Assembly: GCA_036339465.1 (NCBI GenBank)
Contig: JAYZAY010000054.1
Location: 1 to 64,000 of the forward strand
DNA from: Myxococcota bacterium
GTDB lineage: Bacteria > Myxococcota > XYA12-FULL-58-9 > JABJBS01
Direction of reading: 5' to 3'
DNA: 64,000 bases
The notes beneath the pieces were generated by a model that did no database searches, was not told where the DNA came from, and saw only the letters and a list, made by a program, of their open reading frames with translations. This document shows positions 47,805 to 57,106 of this stretch, one piece after another (within the stretch, counting starts at the first letter, position 1; the number at the start of each line of letters is the position of its first letter). The position numbers and the translations under genes were made by a program.

Positions 47805-50423
47805 CTATTTTTCTTTAGAAATTTCAGCGTCTTGGGAAATAGCATCGCTTGTGGGTGGCTTTTGGATATCCAATTTTAGTTGACCCTCTAATTTTTGGAC
47901 ATGGACCACGTCCAGTTCCTCAACATCCCCTTGCACAATCAGCTCCGCAATGGGGTCTTGGAGTTCCCGCTGAATACACCGCTTGAGGGGCCTTGCACCA
48001 TAGGCTGGGTTGTAACCCAATTGGGCTAAATGGGTGACTGCTTCGTCGGAAACGACAAGGGTTATCTTCCTCTCTTCCAAGAGTTTTGCCACCCGTTTTA
48101 CCTGAATTTTCACAATGGGTTGCATAGCGGTGCGGGTGAGGGGACGAAAAATCAGTAAATCATCCAATCGATTGATGAATTCTGGTCTGAAATGGTCCTT
48201 CACCGCCTTATTTATGGAGGATTTCAGACGCTTGTAAACGGCGCTTGTATCTTCAAGATCCTCAGGTAAATCAGAGATGGCGGATCCTAGATTGGATGTC
48301 AAAAGAAGAATCGTGTTCTTGAAATTGATGGTTTGACCTTGACTATCGGTCAAGTGACCATCGTCTAAGACTTGGAGTAGAAGGTTGAATACGTCCCCAT
48401 GTGCCTTCTCTACTTCGTCCAATAGGACGACGCTATATGGTTTTCGTTTCACTTGATTGGTGAGTACACCACCTTCCTCGTAACCGACATAACCAGGGGG
48501 GGAGCCGATCAATCGAGCCACTGAGTGCTTCTCCATGTACTCACTCATATCGATCCGAATGAGGGACCGCTCATCACTGAACATGAAAGCGGCCAAGGTC
48601 TTTGCCAGCTCTGTCTTACCGACTCCTGTGGGCCCAAGCATCAAAAATGAGGCTAAGGGGCGATTGGGGTCTTGTACCCCGGCTCGTGAGCGGCGGATTG
48701 CTTTGGCAACTGCGGCTACCCCTTCTTGCTGCCCCACAACCCGCTCTGTTAATTCCGACTCCAAATTCATGAGCCGCTGGCTCTCTTCATCCATCAGCTT
48801 TTTAACGGGAATGCCGGTCATATGGGCAATGGTTTCTGCGATGTCCTCTGGTGTGATTTCTTGGCGCAAAAAATGCGTTTCATCGGGGGAAATTTCTTCA
48901 CAGTCACCAACTCTTGTTTCCAGATCAGGGATAATTTTGTATTGGAGTTGGGCGACCCTTGCAAAATCTTCGTCGCGTATTTTCTGTTCCATTTCGCGAC
49001 GAGCGTCCTCCAGCTCTTGTTTGAGATTTTGCGAATTCAGAATACTCGCCTTCTCTTTTTCCCACCGTTGTAGCATGGTCGCATATTCGCGGTGCAGCTC
49101 ATCTAGGCTTTCTCGTAACTTTTCAGACTCGGGGGTAGGGCGATTGTCGTTGTCTTGTTCAAGGGCCCTAATTCCAATTTCTTGATGAACAATCTTCTCA
49201 TTGAGATTTTCAATTTCGATGGGTTTGGAAGCCAATTCCATCCGAACATTGGCTGCGGCTTGGTCGATGAGGTCGATGGCCTTATCTGGAAGATATTTTT
49301 CCGTCAGGTATCGGTCTGAGAGGGAAACTGCGGCATGAATCGCGGAATCGAGAATACGAACCCCATGATGCAATTCGTAAATTTCCCGTAGGCCTCGTAA
49401 AATGGTTGTGGCTTGCTCTAGAGTAGGTTCTTCCACGAGCACCATTTGAAAACGTCGATTTAATGCGGCGTCGGTTTCGATTTTTTTGCGGTATTCTGTG
49501 GTGGTGGTGGCTCCCAAACACCTAAATTCGCCTCGGCTTAGGGCAGGCTTTAATAAATTCGATGCATCCGCAGCTCCCTCAGCGGCACCAGCGCCCACCA
49601 GCATATGAAGCTCGTCAATAAATAGAAGAATGTTTCCCGCATGAGAAGCCTCAGCCAAAACGGTCTTCAATCGCTCTTCAAACTCCCCACGAAATTTCGC
49701 CCCCGCAATAAGCTGCCCGAGATCCAGTGCCAAAACACGGTGACCCAATAGTGTATCTGGTACGTCGCCATCGGAAATTTTTTGGGCCAACCCCTCGACG
49801 AGCGCCGTTTTTCCAACGCCAGGTTCACCGACAATCGCTGGGTTGTTCTTCAAACGCCGACTCAATATTTGGATGACTGCTCGAATTTCAGAGTCGCGCC
49901 CCAAAATGGGATCAATCTTTCCTTCTTGGGCCCGTTTGGTTAAATCTGAGGTATATTTCGAGAGCGTTTCAAATGCACCTGCATCGGATGTATCTCCAAC
50001 GGTTTCCAAGGCTCGTTCAAGTTCTAGGGAGTCGGTCCCCGCTTCCACCAAGCTATTTTGAATCGACTCCTCTTGGATCAGGGCATGGAGGACCTGTTGA
50101 TTGGATATCTTTTTGAGTTTTTTCTGTTGGGCATATTCATGGGCACGAATTAGAATTGCTTCCAGACTTCGATTAACCGGGGTTTGGGTTTGTTCGGTGG
50201 TCGCTTTTGGAACGGCTTGAAAATTGTCTTTTAAGTTGGTTCGAAGCCGTTCCCTATCTACTGAAGTAATGTCAAAATACTTTTGAGCCCCCAAATCACT
50301 ATTCTCTAAATAGGCATGTAAAAGATGGTGAGGGCTCACGTATTGATGCTCTAGGGAAAGAGCATACCGGCATGCTGTTTCAATTGCCTTTTGCGCACTT
50401 AGATTAAAATTCTCAATTCTCAT
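47805..50423 (-). CDS. clpB: ClpB-type AAA+ ATPase inside the T6SS locus (probable ClpV role)
   Basis: [26 protein letters not shown], coiled-coil M domain, [28 protein letters not shown]. Confidence 0.9.
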   Translation of the reverse strand: MRIENFNLSAQKAIETACRYALSLEHQYVSPHHLLHAYLENSDLGAQKYFDITSVDRERLRTNLKDNFQAVPKATTEQTQTPVNRSLEAILIRAHEYAQQKKLKKISNQQVLHALIQEESIQNSLVEAGTDSLELERALETVGDTSDAGAFETLSKYTSDLTKRAQEGKIDPILGRDSEIRAVIQILSRRLKNNPAIVGEPGVGKTALVEGLAQKISDGDVPDTLLGHRVLALDLGQLIAGAKFRGEFEERLKTVLAEASHAGNILLFIDELHMLVGAGAAEGAADASNLLKPALSRGEFRCLGATTTTEYRKKIETDAALNRRFQMVLVEEPTLEQATTILRGLREIYELHHGVRILDSAIHAAVSLSDRYLTEKYLPDKAIDLIDQAAANVRMELASKPIEIENLNEKIVHQEIGIRALEQDNDNRPTPESEKLRESLDELHREYATMLQRWEKEKASILNSQNLKQELEDARREMEQKIRDEDFARVAQLQYKIIPDLETRVGDCEEISPDETHFLRQEITPEDIAETIAHMTGIPVKKLMDEESQRLMNLESELTERVVGQQEGVAAVAKAIRRSRAGVQDPNRPLASFLMLGPTGVGKTELAKTLAAFMFSDERSLIRIDMSEYMEKHSVARLIGSPPGYVGYEEGGVLTNQVKRKPYSVVLLDEVEKAHGDVFNLLLQVLDDGHLTDSQGQTINFKNTILLLTSNLGSAISDLPEDLEDTSAVYKRLKSSINKAVKDHFRPEFINRLDDLLIFRPLTRTAMQPIVKIQVKRVAKLLEERKITLVVSDEAVTHLAQLGYNPAYGARPLKRCIQRELQDPIAELIVQGDVEELDVVHVQKLEGQLKLDIQKPPTSDAISQDAEISKEK

Positions 50424-50535
50424 GGTTGAATCCTATGGGGATAGCCCTTTATATCATTGATATATCTCGATGCTTCTCTGCTCAACATGAGATTTATTGC
50501 AGCCGAGAATAAAAAATTGTTGCTTAGGAGGCAAA

Positions 50536-51045
50536 TCAACGCTGCCAGGATATTTTATCGATGACCAAATAAACATCGAGAAGTGCACTGATTTGCTCAA
50601 GGGCTTCCCTTAATGCCTCGTGGGGTTCTTCCGACACCAAAAGAACTTCCCTTGGGCCTTCGTCTTGTTCGACTTGATCTTGTTCGACTTGATCTTGTTC
50701 GACTTGTTCGACTTGGTGTTTCTCAGGTTTCGAATCGGTTCCCGATTCAGGGGAGGTGGGCTGGAAATTTTCCGGCTTTGAATCTTCGGGATCACGTGAT
50801 TTGTTCTGGGGCAAATAAAGCACCCTCAACAGAGCCTCCACTTTTTCTAGGCGTTCGCCGAAAACTTCCATTTCTCGGGGCAATTGCAGGGTGATTTCCC
50901 GTCGAAGAGTGGCCACAAGTTCCAATGCGCGTTCATAGGGAGTTCGCGTGTCAATCTCAGGAAGCGACTTGAGTTGAGGACGCGTGGAAACCTCCTCAAA
51001 TAGCCAATTTTCGCGAAGTCGCTCAATGTCGAAAATATAGGACAC
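50536..51045 (-). CDS. Hypothetical T6SS-associated protein with QVEQD repeat
   Basis: GTG 51045 after RBS GGGGAG, just downstream of dotU. Confidence 0.65.
   Translation of the reverse strand: MSYIFDIERLRENWLFEEVSTRPQLKSLPEIDTRTPYERALELVATLRREITLQLPREMEVFGERLEKVEALLRVLYLPQNKSRDPEDSKPENFQPTSPESGTDSKPEKHQVEQVEQDQVEQDQVEQDEGPREVLLVSEEPHEALREALEQISALLDVYLVIDKISWQR
50663..50715. repeat. In-frame 15-bp tandem repeat (TCTTGTTCGACTTGA, about 3.5 copies)
   Basis: Encodes QVEQVEQDQVEQDQVEQD. Confidence 0.9.
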
Positions 51046-51061
51046 CCAGACCCACTCCCCC

Positions 51062-51757
51062 TCAAAAATTCGTAGAAAAATCGATGTAGCCCACCAAAAA
51101 GAGCAAGCAATAGACACCCAACACAGTCCCTAAGCCAAAAACGTAGTATCGCCACGGAAAATCAACAAGCTCCACGCCTTGGTCATCCATGGCCTCTCTT
51201 GTTGCCGGGGTGAAATTTGGGAGGGGTATTTTGGCTTCTAGGCGGGCGAGATAATCCCCGAGACGGGCTTCTGTGTTGATGAACGCGCCCTTAAAACCAT
51301 TTCGTAAACAAAAATAGAAAACTTCGAAAACCAAGGGTAGGGTCTGGGGGCGTCGCAGCAGTTCATCGGCAGTGGTGAAAAATATTTCTCCACCATTGTC
51401 AATATTGAACAATTCCTTTTGAAGTGGAGACCAGATCCGAGCCTTATCGGATAAATATTGATGCACCATCTCATCGAAATGAATGGTTAGTGGAAAGAGA
51501 CAATAATAAACTTCACGTTCGGTGAGTTCTATGGAAAGCTGTTGCTTCAACCACCCGAGTCGACTTCGAATCAACGAGCGTAGTTTGACAATATCCGCTC
51601 CTTCAGATGTCCCGTCGAGGTATTTTCCGCCGGGAAGTGAAGCCGCTTCACCTTGTAAACGTAGAAACTGCTTTTCTTCAATCAGAGCTTCTCTGCAGGC
51701 AGTCTCGGTTTCGGTTACGACCTGCTCGATTATAAACCATAGCTGTTCACCACTCAT
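51062..51757 (-). CDS. tssL: T6SS TssL / DotU
   Basis: PLTIHFDE, W.PLQ.ELF....GGEIFF, EVFYFCL..GFKG, C-terminal TM. Confidence 0.9.
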   Translation of the reverse strand: MSGEQLWFIIEQVVTETETACREALIEEKQFLRLQGEAASLPGGKYLDGTSEGADIVKLRSLIRSRLGWLKQQLSIELTEREVYYCLFPLTIHFDEMVHQYLSDKARIWSPLQKELFNIDNGGEIFFTTADELLRRPQTLPLVFEVFYFCLRNGFKGAFINTEARLGDYLARLEAKIPLPNFTPATREAMDDQGVELVDFPWRYYVFGLGTVLGVYCLLFLVGYIDFSTNF

Positions 51758-51773
51758 CTTTGATCCTTAGACC

Positions 51774-53432
51774 CTAGCGATACACAAATCGCTCCCCTAG
51801 GGCTGGAATATTCATTGTAAGTTCAACAACTTCTTCACTATTCCAAACCTTCAAAATATCCAAGATTTCTGCGCCCAAGAGATGGGTGACTGGCAATAGA
51901 TTCATATCCAATTGTCCAAAGGTGAGGCAATACACATATTTCATGCCGGCACTCGCGCGTGCGTAGGGAGTATGCTCTACGGTCAAAGATTCCAATGACT
52001 GAACCGATTTCGTAAAAAATCCGCGGGCATGAACATTCACAGATTCGAGGAGTAAAATGAGGTCTTGGAGGGTCAATTGCTTCTTATGTTTAATGGACAA
52101 AATATTGATTAACTTATTGATATCTTGGTCAATATCACTACGGACGACGGGGAAAATACCGGCGCTTTTTTTCCAAGCAACACCTTCAAGATGACGGTCA
52201 TAGAGTTTGACGTCCCACTCGAAACGCTGGAACTGAGTGGGATCAGCATTGTACCATAGGGCATCCACCGCCACGGTTTGAGGATCCTCGAAAGCATTTT
52301 CCAGTTGTAGGTAAAGCCAGGTATCCCGCCTATTATTGATTTGTTCCCATTCTAATTCATAACAATCAACGCTCTCTTCCACGACCCCAGGCGCAATGGG
52401 ATCCAATTGATCGGCCTCTGCCCGGTAGACACCGAGGATTGATTGAACCTCAGAATCATCCCCACCATCGGAGGCACGGACTTTGTATCGCTCTTTGGTG
52501 CCGTCACAGAGAATAGGGTTTGCCAAGGTACGATTTAGGTTTGCGATGGGAGTGGTATTTAACCGAAAGGTATCGGCAGAAAAACGCAGTTGCTGGGGCC
52601 AATTTGAATCAAGCTCCAGAGAAATGGCAAAGTTTTGCCATTCAGAAGGTGTCGATTCTGGTGTGATGTTGAGGTAAAGGTCCTGTTGGGGAAAGCTGAA
52701 GAACGACCGAGAACGCTCCAAAGGTCTGCCCAAAATTCGGTCTTTTTGGGGCGGATTCGGTGCGGAAAAATTGATTTCGCAAGCAAGGCTCTCAGCCCCT
52801 TCGGTCACTTTTTGATCGAAATAGATTCGCGAGCCCAGGAGATGTTTGCGAAGATAGTACCGGACTGCGGCCGAAGCCATGAAATCATTGTGATGATTGA
52901 TATAGAGATTCAGCGTATCCAAAGTTTCGCGTCGAGAAAAGTCCGCGCCAAAACTTAGAACCAGTCGGTAGCCTTGGTTGGGGCGGCGATAAATATTCAC
53001 GGAATCCAAATAAATAGGTAAAACCCGCAAGGGATAGAGCGTCTTAAATTGGAGTGGCTCCACGCTCGGATAAATTGAATCCTTTGGCTTTGAAGGTTGC
53101 AACAAGACCCCAGTCGCTGTGGGGAGCGTCGAAACATCCACAAACCGAGGGGTGGTGGTGGCCTCCAATAAGCTCATGGGGGGAATTGGGTCTAAGAGGT
53201 AGGGGAAATGTTGTTGAAACATTCGGACATGACTGCGGCGAATGCTGCGTTCACCCACGACCCGAGTCCGGGCACTAAACATGGCCATGGCTTCAATAAG
53301 ACGCCGAATGTCTGGGTCGTCTCGATTCAAGATAGAATCAGGATAAACCCCTAGGTGCGTAATCCTAAATTTTTCAAGCTCTTGTAGCTCTTTTAGGAAC
53401 TCTTCGTAGAGTAAATCGCTGTTGGACTCCAT
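51774..53432 (-). CDS. tssF: T6SS baseplate subunit TssF (IglH-like)
   Basis: FLKELQEL, DDPDIRRLIEAMAMFSAR, FPYLLDPIPPM, FFSFP, LNTTPIANL. Confidence 0.9.
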   Translation of the reverse strand: MESNSDLLYEEFLKELQELEKFRITHLGVYPDSILNRDDPDIRRLIEAMAMFSARTRVVGERSIRRSHVRMFQQHFPYLLDPIPPMSLLEATTTPRFVDVSTLPTATGVLLQPSKPKDSIYPSVEPLQFKTLYPLRVLPIYLDSVNIYRRPNQGYRLVLSFGADFSRRETLDTLNLYINHHNDFMASAAVRYYLRKHLLGSRIYFDQKVTEGAESLACEINFSAPNPPQKDRILGRPLERSRSFFSFPQQDLYLNITPESTPSEWQNFAISLELDSNWPQQLRFSADTFRLNTTPIANLNRTLANPILCDGTKERYKVRASDGGDDSEVQSILGVYRAEADQLDPIAPGVVEESVDCYELEWEQINNRRDTWLYLQLENAFEDPQTVAVDALWYNADPTQFQRFEWDVKLYDRHLEGVAWKKSAGIFPVVRSDIDQDINKLINILSIKHKKQLTLQDLILLLESVNVHARGFFTKSVQSLESLTVEHTPYARASAGMKYVYCLTFGQLDMNLLPVTHLLGAEILDILKVWNSEEVVELTMNIPALGERFVYR

Positions 53433-53587
53433 ACACTCGAACCTTCCACTCTAACTGGGCACACCACACTGCATGCATTTCGCATGCGAACTCCTACCAC
53501 AAGCAGAGGGTCTCTGCTACTTATCCTCGTATGGCGAAGTTCGGTCTATGTGAGGGGCATTGTGGTGTTTTTAACGGCGATAGCCAC

Positions 53588-53602
53588 TGGCTTATGGTTT
53601 GC
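53588..53602 (+). promoter_or_regulatory. Possible sigma-54 promoter facing the short vgrG
   Basis: TGGCTTATGGTTTGC (TGGC-N7-TTGC) in the tssF/vgrG divergent gap. Confidence 0.35.
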
Positions 53603-53837
53603 CCAATAATAAAGCGAGATAAAAAGCCCAAAATAGTGTCTTCGGTTTCCATCGATTACTTCTTCAAGACCGGTTTACGCAGCCCCTCGGCTAAAACTGC
53701 TTACAATTTGTTTCCTTGGATGCTCAATGGTAGCGTCTATCGAAAAATTCAGGGCTTTAAATCTCTCGGGCCAAGAGAGTCTATAGAGAAAAAACGACAG
53801 GTCCTATTGGAAAGAAACAAGGGAAATAGAGTCACCC

Positions 53838-54500
53838 ATGGCCAGCTCCAGTAAACCGTTTGTATGTCGTGTTCTGGTGAGCAAAACCAGCGGCGTGAAA
53901 ATCGAAGTCGAAAATGAGAGTGGTAAAATCACCCAAACAGTCCATATGGACGGAACCAAAATCGAAACCACGGTTAAGGGAGAGAAAAAGACCAGTACGA
54001 TTACCCAAAAAGACGGCAGTTTCGTTTTTAAAGTGAAGGGTGACAAGGAAACCAGCACCATCACCCAAACCGATGAAAAAGTTACCATCGAATGCAAAGA
54101 CTACACGGTGGATGCTGAAACCATCACCATGAAATCAAAAAAGGAATTCAAGCAGGAGAGCAAAGACATCTACTCGGCGAGTAGTACCAAAGCACTCACC
54201 GTGAAGTCCTCATCCACGGCCACGATTCAAAGCTCCAAAACCATGACCCTTAAGTCCAGTGCGGCCCTCAATGTACAAGCGACCAGTGCCTTAGCGCTCA
54301 AGGGGCGTACTGCACAGATAAAAGCTTCTCAAAAAGCGACTATTGATGGGGGGTTGCAAGGGGAGCTTAAGGGCACTTCGGTTAAAGTGAGTGGGAAAAG
54401 CACCAATGTCAGTGGTGATATGACCCAAATCAAAGGTAAAATCACCAAGATTCAGGGGACGGCGGTGGCTATTTCTGGTCCCGCGATCAAAATAGGATAA
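53838..54500 (+). CDS. vgrG: Short needle-only VgrG (gp5 beta-helix), Francisella VgrG-like
   Basis: 220 aa, K/T/S-rich periodic beta-strands, internal repeat VKG.K.TSTITQ, terminal VAISGPAIKIG. Confidence 0.75.
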   Translation: MASSSKPFVCRVLVSKTSGVKIEVENESGKITQTVHMDGTKIETTVKGEKKTSTITQKDGSFVFKVKGDKETSTITQTDEKVTIECKDYTVDAETITMKSKKEFKQESKDIYSASSTKALTVKSSSTATIQSSKTMTLKSSAALNVQATSALALKGRTAQIKASQKATIDGGLQGELKGTSVKVSGKSTNVSGDMTQIKGKITKIQGTAVAISGPAIKIG

Positions 54501-54503
54501 CCC

Positions 54504-55334
54504 CTAGTCTTCAAATTCCCGACGCAGGGCTTCAAGCTTTTTTCGATGCCGACCCCGTGCCACCAACAAAGCGCTTTGGATATCTGAAACAACACAAGGA
54601 TGGCAGATATTGAACCCCTCGACACTTTGTAAGTTCTGATTGGAAGCAATTCGAGAACAGCTTTCGCACTCTAGGGACTCGGTTTTGGATAGATTGGGCG
54701 TGTTGGTGATACCAGGCTGTTTACCCTCGGAGTCGGTGGGTTTCGAAGTCGCTTTTGAAACCTCTTCCGGACGCACTTCATTGACACAAATGGGGCACCA
54801 GGGTTCACAGTCGATCATTCGGTAGCCGCCGGGTTCAATCAGTCCTCGATGGCAATGGGTGCATCGTTTTGCACCCAAGGTTCCGGGCCGGATTTCGGAT
54901 TGTTCGGGTTCAAGCAATGGTGTGGCCTGAGGTTTAGGATCTGAAGAAAGGGGACTCGGCGCTTGGGCTTGAATGGTTTTTTTTCGCGGTGCTTCGGCGA
55001 TTCCATCCACGCAATTGCGGCAGAACTTAATCTCCCCCAGGGTTTTGTAGGGTTGACCTAGGACCTCAGCTTGACAGATGAAGCACTGAAAAGATGCTTT
55101 TGCTGGTTTGGGCACTTGGGTCGATTGGGCGCCTTTGAGCATGTCGACCCCGGTTGCGGGAGGGGGGATCTTTTGGGGGGCCTCCATGAGTTTTTCAAAA
55201 CAGGTCAAACAAAACTTCCATTGTCCCACCTGTCGTTCACCGGCTGAAAAGTCCTTGGTGCCACAGCTCTTACAGGAGTCGGAGTTGAGTGGGGTGGGTT
55301 GATTCATCGTCGTATCCTTTATGAAGCCTGCCAT
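54504..55334 (-). CDS. Protein with four CxxC...CxxC Zn-finger modules
   Basis: CKSC/CLTC, CFIC/CRNC, CTHC/CPIC, CESC/CHPC separated by Pro-rich linkers. Confidence 0.75.
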   Translation of the reverse strand: MAGFIKDTTMNQPTPLNSDSCKSCGTKDFSAGERQVGQWKFCLTCFEKLMEAPQKIPPPATGVDMLKGAQSTQVPKPAKASFQCFICQAEVLGQPYKTLGEIKFCRNCVDGIAEAPRKKTIQAQAPSPLSSDPKPQATPLLEPEQSEIRPGTLGAKRCTHCHRGLIEPGGYRMIDCEPWCPICVNEVRPEEVSKATSKPTDSEGKQPGITNTPNLSKTESLECESCSRIASNQNLQSVEGFNICHPCVVSDIQSALLVARGRHRKKLEALRREFED

Positions 55335-55372
55335 AGGGTCATACCCAGACCACGCCTACGGTCGGGACGGGG

Positions 55373-57034
55373 TTATTGTTCACCGGTGTGGTTGACGCAG
55401 GTGAGGGTGGAGGCGCTTGGAACACTGGAAGTATCGGTTGAGGTATCGGTTGAGGTATCGGTTGAGGTATCGGCGATCCTACATTTGGCAAATCCTCCAT
55501 TGCGGTCGAGGCTCACATACATGGAGGTTCCATTGATACTCATCTCATATGGAAAAGGGCGCATGGTGCCTTCCGCATTGGGAGATGCCGTGGCTTCATT
55601 GTTGATATACCAATCAGGATAGCGCTCAGAGCAGCTTTCAACCACGCATAACCCTTCTCCAAGAGCACAAGCGACGGTGGGGTTGAGAAGGGCTTCTTCA
55701 GCGCCCAAAACCCAATCGAAGATATAACCCGTTTCCCAGCTGGCCACATAGATATTCGAGTCTGTGACTGCCAAACCTTTGAAGCCAAGGTTGGCTGGTT
55801 TTTTTATGCAATCAGCGTAGGGTTGATACCCGGTTACGCCGTAACTTTGGGTCAAAGTCAGTAGGGAATTGGTTCCACCATTGTCAAAAGAGAATGATTC
55901 AACTGAATTGTGACATCGACTCGTAACAAAAACATCCTTAACGACTGTGCTGGAAGTCGTCACTGGAATTGCCACATCCCATGCTCCCTTTAGGGTTGGT
56001 ACATACCCACAGCCTTTTGACAAAGAACATTCGTAATTTGTTTCGAATCCACTTCTAAGTTCTTGGAGTATCTCAATACTGTCGTCGGTCAAGTCATGGC
56101 GCGCCACGGTCAGAAAATCCGTGCGACTCGTGCAAGAGGCTTTGCCATTGGAACCTAGAATAAAGAGATAAATCGCGGTTGGATCGGTTGCCGGTGAGGG
56201 AACTAAGGCCAATTTCGAAGGAGAAGAAAGAGGGCCTATACCCCCCACATAAGTTAGATCGATACTTTTGATATCATTGTTTGTCACCTCCGCAGCCCTA
56301 AAGAGACTGACTTGGCTACTCCCGCTCGCCGCGACGTAAATATAGGTGACATTTTTCTCATTCAGGGTCACCTCGACACTTTCAATATCTTTCGGCTGCT
56401 TTAATATATTTAGGAGCGTGGTTGGCTTTCCGGGAGATGGAATAGAGGCAAGCGTTGAATTCCTGTAAATTTTACTCCCAGCCTTTTCGACCATCTCCTT
56501 GTAACAGCAACTCGCGAGACTCGGTTCTGCACCCAGCGTAAAGCCTTCGCAACTGTCTGCTAAGCATGCTTGATACACTGAAAATGCATTGCTCTCTGTG
56601 GAATTGCCAATGGGGAAAACCCCCAAACTATTTTCTAAGTAGCCTGTTGCATAAAGATAATCCCCACGTATGTGAACATCCCATGCGCCCCAAAGGTCGC
56701 GATGGGCATCGGAGGGCACCGAAGCGGCAGTCGGCAATTGTTGAATTCCGTTTTTATCAACCCTCACAATGGCGTCGGATGCCCAACCACTCGAATAAAG
56801 GGTCTGATTCTCGGCCGAACCTGAAAGCGCGATGTTTCGGGGGTAGAATGAACAATAATTCGAACTCGTTGAAGTGGCACCATAATCACAGTAACTCACG
56901 TCATCGGAACAACTCATCCCCAGGGTCAACACCACCAACACCACCGTGATGTTGTTTAATAGAATCCAACGCTTTTGTCTCATGCTTTGTCCGAACACTC
57001 CTGAGGGAATACAACTAGAATCATTCTGCTTCAT
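55373..57034 (-). CDS. Cys-rich beta-propeller-like lipoprotein
   Basis: Hydrophobic stretch plus LGMSC lipobox; repeated blades (GAWDV..LYATG, IYVAAS, VFVTSR, IYVASW, MYVS). Confidence 0.65.
   Translation of the reverse strand: MKQNDSSCIPSGVFGQSMRQKRWILLNNITVVLVVLTLGMSCSDDVSYCDYGATSTSSNYCSFYPRNIALSGSAENQTLYSSGWASDAIVRVDKNGIQQLPTAASVPSDAHRDLWGAWDVHIRGDYLYATGYLENSLGVFPIGNSTESNAFSVYQACLADSCEGFTLGAEPSLASCCYKEMVEKAGSKIYRNSTLASIPSPGKPTTLLNILKQPKDIESVEVTLNEKNVTYIYVAASGSSQVSLFRAAEVTNNDIKSIDLTYVGGIGPLSSPSKLALVPSPATDPTAIYLFILGSNGKASCTSRTDFLTVARHDLTDDSIEILQELRSGFETNYECSLSKGCGYVPTLKGAWDVAIPVTTSSTVVKDVFVTSRCHNSVESFSFDNGGTNSLLTLTQSYGVTGYQPYADCIKKPANLGFKGLAVTDSNIYVASWETGYIFDWVLGAEEALLNPTVACALGEGLCVVESCSERYPDWYINNEATASPNAEGTMRPFPYEMSINGTSMYVSLDRNGGFAKCRIADTSTDTSTDTSTDTSSVPSASTLTCVNHTGEQ
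55431..55473. repeat. In-frame 12-bp tandem repeat (GTATCGGTTGAG, about 3.5 copies)
   Basis: Encodes DTSTDTSTDTSTDT near the lipoprotein C-terminus. Confidence 0.9.
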
Positions 57035-57106
57035 CGCAACTTGCGCCTTTCTATCACACCCCTGCTCAAGATCGAAGAGATTTGCGTCAAGGGATACTCT
57101 CCTAGA

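Noticed and set aside
53531..53854. 107-aa ORF overlapping the vgrG start
   Set aside because: No RBS or domain, and it spans the probable divergent promoter
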